DNA from: Felis catus
Lineage: Eukaryota
Direction: 5' to 3'
Length of the DNA: 64,000 nucleotides
Assembly (NCBI RefSeq): GCF_018350175.1
Contig: NC_058368.1
Span: 18,168,001-18,232,000, forward strand
Shown piece by piece: positions 49,101 to 63,009 of this stretch (position 1 is the first letter of the stretch; each line of letters starts with the position of its first letter). A program made the position numbers and the translations under genes. The notes under the pieces are model-generated. The model saw nothing but the letters and a program-made list of their open reading frames with translations, searched no databases and was not told the DNA's origin.

Positions 49101-51609
49101 CCCTTCACGCAAGTTACTCCTTTACAGTTGTCCTTGTAAGTTTCCTTTTTCCATGCCAACGCAAGCAAACTTGTACAGGAAAACGCCTTCTGCTAGCGTG
49201 GAGCTGACCTCCATCCCCAGTCCCTTTTCCGCAGGGCTCCAGAACCTTGCATTCAGGGTGCAGAGACAGGAAAAATTCACTGGGAGGCTGCCGGCTGCCG
49301 GTCAGTCTTTGGATCTTCATTCTTATAGATCCATTGTTCATGAGGCCAAATGATAAAGAACACATAAATGATATGGTGTCATTTAATGTTTTAAAACATT
49401 AAAACTATTAAACTATTAACTATTAAAACTATTCAAAAAAGTTTCCATCGTGATCATCTTCAGACTTCTTCCCAATAGTCCTCTGACCTATTCTTCTTTC
49501 CTCTTGCTTCCCTTCCTCCCTGATTACTCCTATGAGGGTAATAATGAGACCCCATAGTTTGTCTCCCATGTGCCCCCACCACCAGGCGACTGCTGGCAAG
49601 TTCTGTCACCCCAGCCTCCTTTTTGATATCCCAGCAGGTCTGAGATGGGGATGGGACTCATCTTGTTCAAGCCCCCTGGTCCCCAGAGTTCTACTCTTCT
49701 CTTCCTTCTCTTCCTTGAAGGGTTTTCTCTGGGGGCTCCTGCCCCTCACCCCAATCTGGATCTACTTGAAGGAAAAACGCTACTCTAGTTGGAAGGTTCT
49801 TTGGGCCAACTGAGAGCCTCAGAGTCTCCTGGTCTCCCTGCAATAAAAAACCTCATCCCAGAGCTGAGTCTAGGCTGGTTCTACATTATATAAGAAGCAG
49901 GATGGTGACTCTTTGTTCAAGGATGGAGACCAGTGAGATGAAATGGCACGTCCTCCATCCACACAGTTAGTGCACCCCACAGGACCAAAAAGACTCAGAT
50001 CTGAGCTTTCAGTCCGTGTTCTCTCCAGCATCCAAATCCTGGTAAAACCAAGCTGTAGGGAACATCAGCAGAGGGTCAGTGAGAAAACTTCTTGCTCAGA
50101 GGACTTGGTCCTTGGTTTTTTATTACATTTCTTACTGAATAGAAGGAATTATTTATTTTCATTAGGAAATCCGAAGGAGTAAAAGCCCAGAAACCCTGGG
50201 TGGGGACTGCATAATTTATAGAGAATTCCACAGAGGGCAGGGCACTGGAAAAGAGAATGACTGATGCGACCAAAAATTCCAGAAATGAAAGGAACCTAAA
50301 GATCTTCTTCATAAATATCAGATTCTTAGTAATCTGAGGTTATTCTTGCTCAGTGTTTTCAACATTTTTAAATCTATGTTCTCCCATGATGCTTTTTCAG
50401 TGAAGCCTCCATGTATCTCTATAACCCCAGATTTTGACTCATTGCTCTTATATTTGGGATCATGAAAATATGCACCCTTACAGATTCTTTTGTGCCCCCA
50501 GAGGGACTGGGTACTTCCCTTGTCACATCCACGGAGGATCCCTGTAGCACAATACCACACAGGAAGAAAATGTCAAGACCCGGCCTCCCTATAGGTGGTT
50601 AGCTGCCTCCCCAAGATAAGAACACATTTCCTGTCTTCTAGTCAAGAGCTTTATCCTCCATAACATTCTGTGTCCCTAGAGTTCAAGTGTATCAAGAATA
50701 TGAGATGTACTTGGAATTTTCAATTCTTCAAATTCCTTCAAGTGCTCAAAATATTTCCTTGGGGAGAGTTATTCTAGTCATCTTCTGGGAAACAAGCACA
50801 TGGTATATCCATCATCCAAATGGTTCTTTGGTCAGAGAGAGAAGCATTGATGTTAGAAGCAGAGAACAGAGCCCCAGCCGCAGTCTCAATCTGCCTCGAA
50901 CAAAGGGGAGGGAAGTGGATAAGGATGAGGCCCCCGTGACCACTTGAATTTGGCCTGGTAAAATGTGGTGAACGCGTAGCCCCAAACAGCATAAAGCCTA
51001 ATTCCAGATTTAAAATTTTAAGAATAAAGCTAATCGGCCAAGTGAAACGAGAATTATTAGACGCTTAAAAGTGCCCCAGGAATCTTTAGAAATTTAAGCA
51101 ACACTCTATAATTAATACATATGGGATTTTTTTTTTTAAGAAAGGAAGAGTACAGCTGTACTGTGGACTCACAAAGGAAAATAGAGGGTTTCATCTTGAA
51201 AGCTATAAAATGATCTCTGTCTGAGAATATGAAAGAGGGTAGATTCAGACTAGAGCAAGCCCGAGAACTGCAAGGGACAGGAAAGGACAGTAGTCCCTGG
51301 AAGGAATGTGTGGGCAGAAGGGGTAGAGGAACTTTTAAGGCTTTTCTGAAAGGATCGGAGAGGAAAGAAACATAGGAAGCTTATTAGCAAGTCAGAGAAA
51401 AGTGGATTTAATTATGAACATGACATTATTGGGATAATGAACTGCATCATTAAATTCATCTTTTAAAAAGAGGAAGGAAAATATATCCCCCAGGAATTTT
51501 TTTCGGGAGGGGAGTGGGAATATGTAGAAATCTGAATCTTTTAAAAGTTGGCCACTAGTAAGGATTCATTTAAACTAAAATGAGTTCAAAAGCAAGCAAA
51601 ATTACTCTA

Positions 51610-51800
51610 TGGCCTGAGAAGTGGGGAGGGGGCAGACCTTGGAGAGGAAGGGTGGGGGCGTCTGGGATGCTGGTGATGTCCTTTTTCTGTCCCTGCATCA
51701 GATGATGGGGAGGGGGTGTACTTTATGAAGATTTGTTGGGTTGTACGCTGTGACCCGTGCACTCTTATGTATCCTTAACACAGGGATAAAAATTAAAAAT
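51610..51800 (+). mobile_element. L1ME-like 3' end
   Basis: tctgggatgctggtgatgtcctttttct..gtactttatgaagatttgttgggttgtac..gtgcactcttatgtat. Confidence 0.6.
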
Positions 51801-51907
51801 GAAAATGAAATAAGATGGAGGTTTTAAATAAGGTAAATATTAAGATTACAGTGATATATAAATCAGAATCAAGGGTGGGGTAGTAAACTAATAAAGCAGC
51901 ACATAGA

Positions 51908-52100
51908 TTTTTTTTTTTTAAAGAGAGAGAGAGAGAGAGAGCACGAGTGGGTAACAGGTGCAGAGGAAGAAAGAGAGAATCTTAAGCAGGCTTGTCTACA
52001 CTTAGCGCAGAGCCCAAAGTGGGACCCATAACCCTGGGATCATGACCTGAGCTGAAATCGAGAGTCTGTTGCTCACCGAACTGAGACACCTAGGTGCCTC
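51908..52100 (-). mobile_element. Can-SINE (older subfamily)
   Basis: gagaatcttaagcaggct..accctgggatcatgacctgagctgaaatcgagagtc. Confidence 0.88.
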
Positions 52101-52134
52101 GACGCATAGATTTATCTATCTATCTATCTATCTA

Positions 52135-52344
52135 TTATTTTTTTCACGTTTATTTATTTTAAGGGAGAAAGAGAGAGAGCACAAGCTGGGGAGGGACAGA
52201 GAGAGAGAGACAGAGAATCCCAAGCAGGCTCCACGCTGCCAGCACAGAGCCTGATGTGGGGCTTGAACTCAACCAACGAAAGATCATGACCTGAGCCTAA
52301 ATCAAGACTCAGACACTTAGTCGACGGAGCCACTCAGGTGCCCC
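52135..52344 (-). mobile_element. Can-SINE
   Basis: gagaatcccaagcaggctccacgctgccagcacagagcc..caggtgcccc. Confidence 0.93.
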
Positions 52345-52979
52345 GTGACACATTGATATTTTTAAAGATCACTAGAGAGCTGAAGATGAAAAAAAAAACA
52401 ATCAATCAGTGTACGACCATATTTTACTTTTGCAATCAACACATTTCTGTACAATTTCATTTACTTATTTATTTTAAATTTTATCGTGGAGAGTTATAAT
52501 TAATAAGAATCTTATATTTTATTTGAAAGTAAATCACCACTCTTTTTCTTGTTAAAAATAAATCCAAGTTTCCACACATTCTATTTGTTTAAAAAAGGAA
52601 TGAGATCATACAGCCAAATGTGACTTTTAAGAAAAGACTAGCCAATCAACCAAAAATAATTTGATTGCCAATTATGTGGCCAATCTGTTATCAGTTATCA
52701 TTGAGGGTGCTAAAGTCAAAGGTTCTGTTCCTATTAAGAACTAATAATCTAGTTGGGGAGAAAAGACCAACAAATATGTGTTCATTGTTCAGTGCTATCT
52801 GTATACAAGTGATAATGTGAATGTAATAGTGTGAACATAGATGACCTTAAATAGAATGTGACTTTGACCCTCTCTTCCCATAAAAATTGTTGAAAAATGT
52901 TGAAATAAGAAACTACTATATTGACTATATTGAACTATGTATAGATTATAAACTGAAGGCTGATTATTTATTTCATAGG

Positions 52980-53400
52980 AATTATCTGATGGACATCAAA
53001 ATTAGATGTCATCTTATTAGATGGGTTCATTACAATATTTAAAGAAATTGTCACAACAATGAAATTTGCAGCTGGCACTCCAATGACAACATTTTGTGAA
53101 AACCCTAGAAAGTTTTTTAAAAAGGAAGGGGAAGAATAGGAAAAATCTCTCAAGTTGAATGTCAATACCAATGAGACTCAATTACCTCCATGATAGATAG
53201 GAGAAAATTGGTCAGGATCAAGTTCCAAAAGCAACGTTGGGGTAAGAGTGTAAACCAAACTACATCAGACTTGGGAACATTTCTTAGGAAATGGTGACAC
53301 AAATAACCAGAGTCTATGTCTCTGTTGACCCAGAAAGAAAAACTCTCATATTGAGCAATGAAAAAACAGTCTAGGAGAATGAGCAATGGGTCATCGTAAT
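52980..53400 (+). mobile_element. Possible L3/CR1 RT fragment
   Basis: aaatttgcagctggcact (KFADDT-like) followed by aacgttggggtaagagt (DLGV-like); very degraded. Confidence 0.35.
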
Positions 53401-53472
53401 GTCCACATTTCAGCCTTGTTTCCAGCCCACATCTTTGAGTGAATCAGAATTTTTCCCTTGGTTGAGCTGACT

Positions 53473-53934
53473 TCTGGCTGAATAAGGGCCCCACAAAAAT
53501 ATTTATGTCCTGGTCCTCGGAACCTGTGACTGTTCACCTTATATGACAAAAGGGACTTTGCAGATATGATTAACATAGGTTTCAATACAGGGAAATCCGG
53601 GGGGCTCAGTGTAATCACAACTGTCTTTAGAAGAGGGAGCAAGAAGGTCAAAAGGAGGAATGAGGAGAGACGAGGACAACGGAAGCAAGAAGCTGCAACG
53701 GTGCAAGGACAGGTTCACAAACCAGGGAACACAGCAGACTCTAGACGCCAGAAAAGACAAGGAAAAGGATTCTCCTCTACACCCTCCGGAAGGAACCAGC
53801 CCCAAGGGCACCTGGACTTCAGCCAAGTGAAACTGATTTCTGACTTCTGATCTGCTGATATGGAAATGGACTTGTGTTGTTTTAAGCCACTCACCTTATG
53901 GTAATTTTTTATAGCACATTAGGAAACTAATACA
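53473..53934 (+). mobile_element. MLT1D-like MaLR solo LTR
   Basis: ggctgaataagggcccc..ggaacctgtga..aaaagggactttgcagatatgatta..ttttaagccact..aggaaactaataca. Confidence 0.9.
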
Positions 53935-54830
53935 TTGAGTAAAGTGCTCAATCTAATTAGACCTGATTTTCTCTAGAATGTTCCTCATGCAGGGCATTTG
54001 ATTAGTGTGTAGCTTTGGCAGAGGGACAGGTGGTTCAGAGCGAAGCAAGGTCTTCTTCCAGTCATTTTGGGGGCATTTTTTTCTTGTGTGTTTGTGGCTC
54101 TAGAATCTCTAAGCTTGGAGCGTTAGTTTTTTGGATTGTTATCGGAACCTACTTACTGGGCGGTGTTCCTGAGATTCATGTCTCTCAACGCCTGTGGCCC
54201 ACCCCCAGAATGCATGGGGCTTGGTACTCAAACTCCAGGAAAGAAGAAACCGAGGACATGGCTTAAGAAAGAAAGTTGGCAAATTAGAGATTAAAACACC
54301 AACACTAATGTGTTAGTCTTAAGATGTTTCTAAAGTATTCTTCTACTCAAATATCTTTTTGGTGTATGATTTGTTCCTCATGTTCACAACAGCGACCAAA
54401 GTGTGAAAAGGATACTTGTAAAGAAAGAATTTAACACATTTTCCTCTCGCATTGGACACCAGCCTCCTTGAAGTAATAAACTATGAATTATTCCTCTCTG
54501 ACTCCACAACAACTGGTCAAGTGCCTGGTGAACAGCAGGTGATGAAACATGCTTTCCAAGGAAATAGAAAAGAAAAGAAGGAAGGAAGGAAAAGAAGAAG
54601 AAAGAAAGGGAAGATATGTTTTCATATATTTTTTTCTTGAAACGGAGGGAAATAGAGGGCCAGAGCAAATTTTATCAGCCAGAAGATATATAATCTTGAA
54701 ATTTATTTACAAAAGGCATTATATTTACTTTTAAACCTGTATCAGCCTACCAGGTAAGCTCACTCCTGAACCTAGATTGGAGAACAAAAATTGAGTATTA
54801 GTGGTTTGGGTATTGAGAAATCGTGATAGA

Positions 54831-55071
54831 GGGGCGCCTGGGTGGCTCAGTCTGTTGAGCGTCCAACTTCAGCTCAGGTCATGATCTCAAGATCCGAGGG
54901 TTGGAGTTCCACATCGGGCTCTGTGCTGACAGCTCGGAGCCTGGGGCCTGCTTCAGATTCTGTGTCTCCCTCTCTCTCTGCCCATTCCCTGCTCATGCTC
55001 TGTCTCTCTCTGTCTCTAAAATAAATAAACGTTAAAAAAAAAAGTAAAAAAAAAAAAAAAAGAGAGAGAGA
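54831..55071 (+). mobile_element. Can-SINE
   Basis: Full body; TSD gagaaat(c/t)gtgataga. Confidence 0.96.
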
Positions 55072-55574
55072 GAGAAATTGTGATAGAAAATGGGAGAGTT
55101 GGAAAATAAAGTTTCGAATGATAATTGAAAGAAGTATTTGGGGTATTTCAAACCTAAAAAACAAAACTCCAACCTTTTTGTGACTTTTGTTATGAAACTA
55201 AGGTAACTATAGGCAGAACCTTGGGGAGGGTTCCCACATGTTGTACAACCATGAAAGTATTGGCAGGAGAAAGACACTTGTCAATCCTTCTAGAAACGTA
55301 AGGAGAATGAATGATAAGAAGCTAATACATTGAAAGAAAAAAGGCTAGTGCTTGAATAGGAAGCTGGAATTCCTCAGACCAAATGTCGCGGGCTACATTC
55401 AACTGTCCTGGACTTGGGGTTTCTGAAGTGGGCTCCAGAATTTCTAGTGTCTGGGCAAGGATGACACAGCGTCTTGACAAAGGGGGTTTATGTGGTTTGC
55501 ACGTGGTCTGGCACTGGGGCAGAGGGCACTCTGCACTTTCCACAAGGGGGAACGTCTACCCAGCAAAGGGAAGC

Positions 55575-55730
55575 AGTAGGAAATCCGGAGGCCTGGGTTC
55601 TGGTCTGATTATAAGCCCGTGAAAGGGGCTTACCCATCCCCGGGCTGGCTGCAGTTTCCTCCCTTGGAACATGAGGGGTTGAGTCAGACCCCCTCCACGG
55701 TCCCCTCCTATTCTGAAATTCTATAACTCT
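55575..55730 (+). mobile_element. MIR3-like fragment
   Basis: aggcctgggttctggtc..cagtttcctcccttggaacatgaggggttgag..ggtcccctcctattctgaaattctat. Confidence 0.6.
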
Positions 55731-57499
55731 ACTCTTGACCTAGAGAACAGTGTTGTGCATTAATAAGGAATTCTATCTTCTGTCAGGTTCTTTTGCCCCA
55801 AACTGTTTAGGTCCTGACTTGTACACAACAAGGAGCAAACAGCGTCTCCTTTTGATCCTGCGGTTAAAAATATTTAGTTTTTTGGTGTTTGAAGCATTCT
55901 CTTCAACTAAATATTATAACCTTGACATAGCTGGATTTGTACTCAACTGCTATAAACACACGCTCTTGGCAAGATCCTATGAAATAATTGACTTACAGTG
56001 ACCTTGGTGCTGGCAACATAACAGTTCAAGTTTCTCATTATCGTTCTGTGTCAGATAAGGGAATTTTCCTCTCATTTAGCTGATTTTCAGCCTTTGTTTC
56101 TTGGGTAGTGGGTAGTGAGGGCTTTAAGATGCCCGACATGCTATGCTGTGATGTGAATTTCAGCAGCCTATTTGGGGGAGCTATTTTTAGTCTCTGAATA
56201 CATGATTAATGTGACCATTTTCTCCTTATCACTGTCTTAGATGTAATTAACAACGGACATGATTATTCTTCCTGGTTGTGATCCCAGACTATGACACCTT
56301 TGAGTCATGACTGCGGCTTTGTAGGTTAAAAAACTACCGAAACTGCTTCTGGTGGGACAGGAGTGCGACGGTCTCTGTGGACTAGTGAGTTTGAAAAATC
56401 TATTTGCAAAGCCACATAGTTATTGATTATAATATAAGTGTAAAAAAAGTACAAAATAGGACGGTTCAAGCACCGTCACAAAAATGAACTGCATTTCTCC
56501 ATAAAACCTCACGTATAAATGGGACGAGCATTTTCTTTGCATGGAGTGAGATATGGAAAGATTGGTTCGCAGCCCAGGTGATTCTTCTTTGTATCCTTCC
56601 TTTCCACATCAACCTGAGAAAGCACCATGGTGAGTGAGCTGGCCACACCTCCGATATATGACGGCCGTCGGTAAAGACTATTTGTTCCTCCCAAGTTAGA
56701 CTGTGTTCCTCCTGTTCAACAGTGAGCACCAGCATCTGGGGATAGGATCTTGATTTACTAAAACTGATACCAATGTGTTTAGAGCTGTCTGGGAACCACA
56801 CGGCAAAAGAGAATCTTTTAATCGGTTTTCGGATAATGGATATGAACTGGAACTTACCTTTTCCTACTCTTTCCCACTTAAGATTCTCATCACCAACTCA
56901 GAAGAGTACAGCAACCGAAACAGTTTAACCCCCTTATTATTTATCCAAACTAACCCTAAGTAGGAATTTCTCATAAATCAAAGTTGCAAGACCTTGAAGA
57001 AGAAAAGGGGTGAGAATAAATAATTGACAAGAGCTTGGTACAGGGTCTGATACATTTACGATGTTTACCAAATGGTAACCATCATTAACATCACGACCTC
57101 TTAGACTTTGCCATTCGTCTTTTTAAAATTTATTTTAGAGCATTCACACACCAGGCTTGTGTCCTCTCCTATTCTTACTGTTTAGGAATTTGATGCCTAA
57201 ATTTCATATTCACTATAGCAAAATTCCACTCCAAGTTATTAATTAGCACATCCCAGAGAGTTAGTTGTAATGGGATTTTAACTGCGTCTCTGAAAATTGT
57301 ACTCTTGCATTTATAAATTGAACACCAGTTTTGAGAGAGAAGTTCAAATGGAGTCATTTCTGGAGTCAAAAGGTGTATAATTTTATTCCTTTACAAGATA
57401 CTGATTTGTGCAAAATAATGTTATTTATCTTTAGGAGAGAAATTGCACACTAATAAATATCAGTGAGCTTCAGAAAGCCACTCAGAGGTTGGCCATTTG

Positions 57500-57612
57500 A
57501 CCTTTGAGTGAAGTTCAATCCAGGTTCTATCATAAACTTGATTTGGTACCTTAGGAAATTTATTAAATCGTCCGCCTTAATTTCTTCATCTATAAAATGA
57601 GAATTATGATAT
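57500..57612 (+). mobile_element. MIR fragment
   Basis: gttcaatccaggttctatc..accttaggaaatttattaaa..ccttaatttcttcatctataaaatgagaatt. Confidence 0.7.
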
Positions 57613-58212
57613 CACACAAGATTCATTCTTATAATATTATGGTGGAAGTGTACATTCCTGGAAGAATGACTCCCAAATACAGTATATTCTTTCTCGGAAA
57701 AATGGTGTAAAATCATTTCTGGCCAGGAGCAGACAGATGGGTGAGAAGGATTATCATGGTGCAGGTATCTCTGTGCGTTTGTGATTCCAGTGCCCAGGGA
57801 GGCACTGCTACTAATTTTGAGCAGCTGAAGCCTACATGGCATTAATTAATTAATTAATAAAGTCTATGTGGCATAAAGAAAAGGAATCATGGTTATGGGA
57901 GAAAAATAATCTACATCTCCACGTGTATTCCCAGATAATAAAAATGTGCTTCTATTCAAATTTGAAAGAGTGCCTATTTTAAAAACCGAAAATATTTACC
58001 AGCTGATTATAGAGCTGTGACAGTAATGATGCCAAAGATCAAATTGGACAAATGGTGCCCAGTACAGAGAAGGCCCTTGGTAAATGTTTGTTAAATTAAA
58101 TCTGAATATAAGTGATGCGAGAAATTTTGGAAATACAAAATACCACCAAATATTAAATATCAAAAATATAAGAGCCAAATATTATTCAGGAAAAATTAAA
58201 AATTAAAGCTTA

Positions 58213-58338
58213 GGGACACCAGGGTGGTTCGGTCTGTTAAGTGTCTGACTCTTGATTTTGGCTCAGGTCATGATCTCACGGTTCACGAGTTCAAGTCCCA
58301 CATTGGGCTCCGTGCTGACAGTGTGGAGCCTGCTTGGG

Positions 58339-58384
<46 letters not shown>

Positions 58385-58479
58385 AGTAAATAAATAAACT
58401 TGCCCCCCCTCTGCCCCTCCCCTACATGTGTACTCTTTCCCTCTCTCTCCAAGTAAATAAATAAACTTGCAAAAAAGAG
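58213..58479 (+). mobile_element. Can-SINE with duplicated 3' tail
   Basis: TSD attaaagct; ctctctctccaagtaaataaataaacttgc occurs twice. Confidence 0.93.
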
Positions 58480-58649
58480 ATTAAAGCTGAAATTATTTGA
58501 TTCCCAATCAGTTATTCATCTATAGGGATTTTCTGAGAAATATTTAATTGATGAATATAAAGACTTGGATTTAAGTGAGAAGGATTTATGATCTTTCAAA
58601 TTTATTTTTCCACCTTTTAGATTGCTTTATGAAATTGCACCTTTTGGCT

Positions 58650-59180
58650 TTTTATCAACAAGTATTTATGGGGTGGTTACCAGGTGTCAGGTACTATTCT
58701 CAGCCCTGGGGAAGCAGAAGTGGACAAAACAGGAGAAAATCATACCTTCATGGAACTTATGTTAGAGTAGGGGAAACAAATAAATATGTAAATTATATAG
58801 CATATCAAATGCTAATAAGTTATATGCAGGAAAGCAAAACAGGGAAGGGGGTGAAGGATGCTGGGAGGAAGGTGTTTTCTTTATAACCAAGATGGCCAGG
58901 AAAGCTCCCTGAGCATCTGAGCAGACATGTGATGAAAGAGGTGGGTGGTGAGCCCTTGGTGGGGAATCTGGGAGACCAGCTTCCCAGGTAAAGAAAACAG
59001 CAACCCCTGACGGGATGCCATGGCTTGGGGTTTTGAGGATGACAAGGAGGTCACGTGGCTGCAGTGGAAGGATCAAGGATGAGAACAAAGGAACTCGGGT
59101 CAAAGGAGTAATGTGGAATCAGATCACATAGAGACTTTACGTCAAAATAAGAATTTAGACTTTTATTCTGAGATGGATGA
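58650..59180 (-). mobile_element. L2 3' fragment
   Basis: tcaacaagtatttatggg..ccaggtgtcaggtactattct..ccttcatggaacttatgtt..cagatcacatagagactt..gacttttattctgag. Confidence 0.8.
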
Positions 59181-60349
59181 CCACCTTTTTTTTCTCTCTT
59201 AATCGTGGCAAAAAGGGAGATTGAGTCTCTGAGAAGTTAAGTAACTTGCCAAGATCACGGAGCTCCTAAGTGGAGAATACTTTTGACACCGATAACCTGA
59301 GCTAATAATTCGGAGACTGGTTGAGGATTCAACCTGATTCAGCCTATTATTATATACAAGGTACAGCCAGAAGGCAGGTGGGGAAATTTTATCAATACCA
59401 CTTACACCAGAGCGACTCGGAATTGGATGCTATGTCCATCAAAGTGCACCAGCTGGAAGAGCGACTTTTCTGAAGTCTATGAACTTTCCAGAAAGATCTT
59501 TCCTTCCAGATAATGTCATCATAGTTTCTCTAGAGAGGTTACCCAGGGATGGCAGGTGAGGCTGCTGGGTTTTCACCGTGTGAGCCCAGTGTGAAATACA
59601 CAGCATGAAATCAATAGTGTCACTCACTCAGAGTGCATCCAAACTCCATACACAGGCATGAAGCAGCCAGGTATCCCAGGCAGCCCATCTTCTCTGGCTC
59701 GCCTTCTCCAGGTAATTGTCTTGAAAGAGTGGCACAGTCCCCCTGGTGACGAATGTATCTGCCTGCTAAATGCATAGCATCTAGTCCTTGCTGTGTGGTA
59801 GGGCAACTGAAAACAAGTTATAACAATTGAGTCAAACGTAGAAAATATGATTAGCCATACAACAGGCTATGGCCACAGCTACCTGAAGCCAAACAAAAAG
59901 AATCTTCAGCCAGCCATCAATGGTCTGAAGAGAGAACGGGTACAAATCCCAGTGTTCAAATATTTGAATATTTAAAAATTCGTAACCTGAATTGATTAAA
60001 TAATTCTCCTGGCTGTACACAAGGTCTTGAGAGACAGTCGAGAGAAACAGGATCTCCATCTCTACCCTTATCTCTTACATTCTTTTAAATTAGTTTCTTC
60101 TCTTTGGTGCTCGAAACATCTGTCCTGTACAAAAATATCTCCTCTGATGCTCAGCACACAATCTCATTTCTGCCTTTCTTCCTACACAAAACGTTCCAAA
60201 AGAAAAAGTAACTCTCACTATCATATCCTCACTTACTCTGTGTCCTTTGCAAAGTGGTCTTTGGTCTCTTTAAAGACCCGTGTCTTAAAGATATCTTAAT
60301 TTGTAAATAAACTCGTAATTACAAAGTTCTCGATTCAAACTGGGGATAT

Positions 60350-61130
60350 TGTGATTAACAATAAATATATATATGTGATCTTCCTCCTGGTTTCTGGCAC
60401 AGAGCAATAAAAATCAGAGCAATAAAGAGGTCTTTTTTATGTTAATGAGGTGACTTTTTATGTTAATGAGGTGACCTCACAGATGGGAGGGGGGGTTGCC
60501 AGGGGCACCAACCCTGTGATCGGAGGGTTGGAACTTTCAGTCCCACTCTCCACACTCAGGGGAGGGGAGAGGGTCTGAAGATTGAGTTTAATCACCAATG
60601 GTCAATGATTTCATCAATCATGTCTACGTTATGAAGCCTTTATAAAAGCCCCCAAAGGACAGGGTTTGGACAGCTTCCGGCTTGGTGAACACACGGAGGT
60701 GAGGTGCTGGGTGGTGAGCTCAGAAAACATGGAAGCTCCACACCCTTTTTCCACACCTTGCCCTATGCACCTCTTCCATCGGACCTCTCCTGAGTTCTGT
60801 CCTTTTGTAATCAGCCAGTAATCTAACAAGCAAAACGTTCCTCTGAGTTCTGTGAGCCGCTCTAGCAAATCAACTGAACGTAAGGAGGGGGCATTGGATC
60901 CTCTGATGGATAGCCGGGCGGTCAGTGGCGCAGGTAACAAGCTGGGCTTGTGATGGGGTATGAAGCGGGGGCAGTCTTGTAGGATGGAACCCTTAACCTG
61001 TGGGATCTGATGCCAGCTCCGGGTAGAGAGTGTCCATATCGAGTGGAAGTGTAGGGCACCTAGCCAGGGTCAGCGAGTTGCTTGGTAACTCCCCCTGCGC
61101 CCCCGCATATTGTACTTGGTGACCAGAATG
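60350..61130 (+). mobile_element. MER21-like ERVL solo LTR
   Basis: tgtgatt..ggtttctggcacagag..gggttggaactttcagtccc..accttgccctatgcacctcttccatc..ctgagttctgtgagccgctctagcaaat..ccttaacctgtgggatctgatg. Confidence 0.85.
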
Positions 61131-61589
61131 TTACTGGTCTGTTGACAATGTCATCAACTACTGATCAATTAACTCTTTTTGGAATCACCTCTCACGCTTT
61201 GCTTTCAATGACATTCTACTCCTGTTCCTTCTCTTAGTATTTTATCAACCTCTTCCTAGTCTGCCTTAGTATGGACTCTGGTGTTTGTTTTTGTTTTTTA
61301 ATCAGTGCTTGGAACTAAATGTTCCTGTGGTTCGGTTCCCACTCTCCTTTGGTGTGTGTACCACATTCTCTCAAATGGGGAGTTCACTCATTCCCAAGGC
61401 TTGAACTTGAAATCTATCTCTGACTTAGTTCTGCTGTCTCATGCTTTATTTTCGTAATCTTTTCGACATGTAAGCCATGGTCTTATGAACACCATGTTGC
61501 TGAGTAGCCCAGAAAAAGTCACAACCTCTCTGAGACAACCTCTCCTCTTTTGTGAGACGAAGGAGTTCATCTTTCAGGTTACACATGGA

Positions 61590-62060
61590 TATTATCAGTC
61601 AGAGATCTTGGTTGGAGAAGGAAACTTGAACAGAAAGTGAATTTATTTTACCCTACCTGTGAACGTTAGAATTGCTAGTAAGGTTGGGAAGACAGACTTC
61701 AGGGCTGGAACAGGACACCTCCAGGAGTTTACGTAGCTAGAATTAGAGACAAGTCCCACAAGAGGGAAAGTTTGACTTTGCCGACAGGCTACCTCTGTGG
61801 ACATGACCACAGATACTGCTGCCGTCACCATTACAACTATGCTCCATATGTAGTGAACTAACCACCTGGTCACCATCCTGATATCCCACACAGAATTCAG
61901 AGTCTCCACTTGGGACATCCCACTGGTTGCTCCTCGATCATATTGCCTGTGCTCTGGGAGCAGGCAGAGGAAGGATCTAGCTGACCCAACCCCCAAAGGG
62001 ATTTCCACCCAATAGCAAAGGGGACTGGATGTGGGATAGCAAATCCCTCTCCCACTAAGA
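61590..62060 (-). mobile_element. Old MaLR LTR (MLT1K/L-like), degraded
   Basis: tattatcagtcagagatcttggttgg..aaagtgaatttatt start typical of antisense old MLT1 LTRs. Confidence 0.45.
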
Positions 62061-63009
62061 AATGTGTCCCATAGATTTCTCAAAGCTACCTCACACTCAA
62101 GACACTGAAACCAGAACCCCATCTGTTACCCGGGTAACTTATGCCTAAAACATCTGCTACAGGTATTCCGGTTACGGATTCTTGCTTCACAAGTCTTCAC
62201 CGTTTCAGTCAGTAATTACGTTGGTCAGATTGTTAACTTTTTGATCACTTCTTTCTTTTCCTTTCCAGTCCTAGCCCATAGGTTTTGTTAAGAACTGATT
62301 TACGGAAGGAGCGATTTAGGGACTAAATGCAACACAAAGCAAATCGCCAGGCATCATTCTGTCGGTCTAACACAAAGTCGTCTTGACTTGACTCCTTGCT
62401 CTTAGGTGTGATTTTCAGGATCGTTTCTCCCCTGCAATTTTCAATGAGCTTCATTTCCCAAGAAATGCTTTTTCAACCCTCTGAATGCTAATGACAGAGA
62501 ACAGAACCTGGTGATTAAGGGCTACCTTCTATGAGAAAAGGACAGCATACTGAGGCAATCCTTTCTCTGGTCTTTTATTCTTGCACTCTCAACACATAAT
62601 AATCATCATCTTTGGGAGGCGTATTTAACTCAAATATTTAAACATTTGCATATGTCGATGAAAGAAACATCCGACAAATTAGGTGTGATTTGTACCTGTG
62701 GAAGCCTACAGATGAAGACGAGGCGAAGGTGTGTCTTCACTGAAAACAGACATTTTGCCTTTGCTTTTGATTGTGAAACTCGGCACATCCCTTGGACCCA
62801 CAACACAATAAAGGAGATAATGTGATGTGATTTGAACGTCTATCAATAGCCACAGGGGATAATAAATACCTTTGCTGCCCCTAAGCCCATGTGTTAAGTG
62901 AATTTTCAGTGTCTAGCAGTTGTCATGGATGCACTTTACGGTTTTCAAGCCTGGGATCTGATTATATACTCAGTGGACTCTTAACCGCATTACGTATTTG
63001 AAAAAGCAA

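Noticed and set aside
48859..49353. 164-aa ORF near the CpG-rich element and a weak donor-like CC/GTAAGA at about 49053
   Set aside because: TTG start, crosses a dinucleotide repeat, no homology recognised and no partner exon found
49470..49885. Possible LTR (AATAAA near the end, terminal CA)
   Set aside because: Could not assign a family, a 5' TG boundary or a TSD
59400..59960. Coding-looking unique stretch
   Set aside because: The frames I read are closed within short distances and contain no recognisable protein motif
61643..62122. 159-aa ATG-initiated minus-strand ORF
   Set aside because: Overlaps a probable old MaLR LTR; no recognisable domain; length compatible with chance
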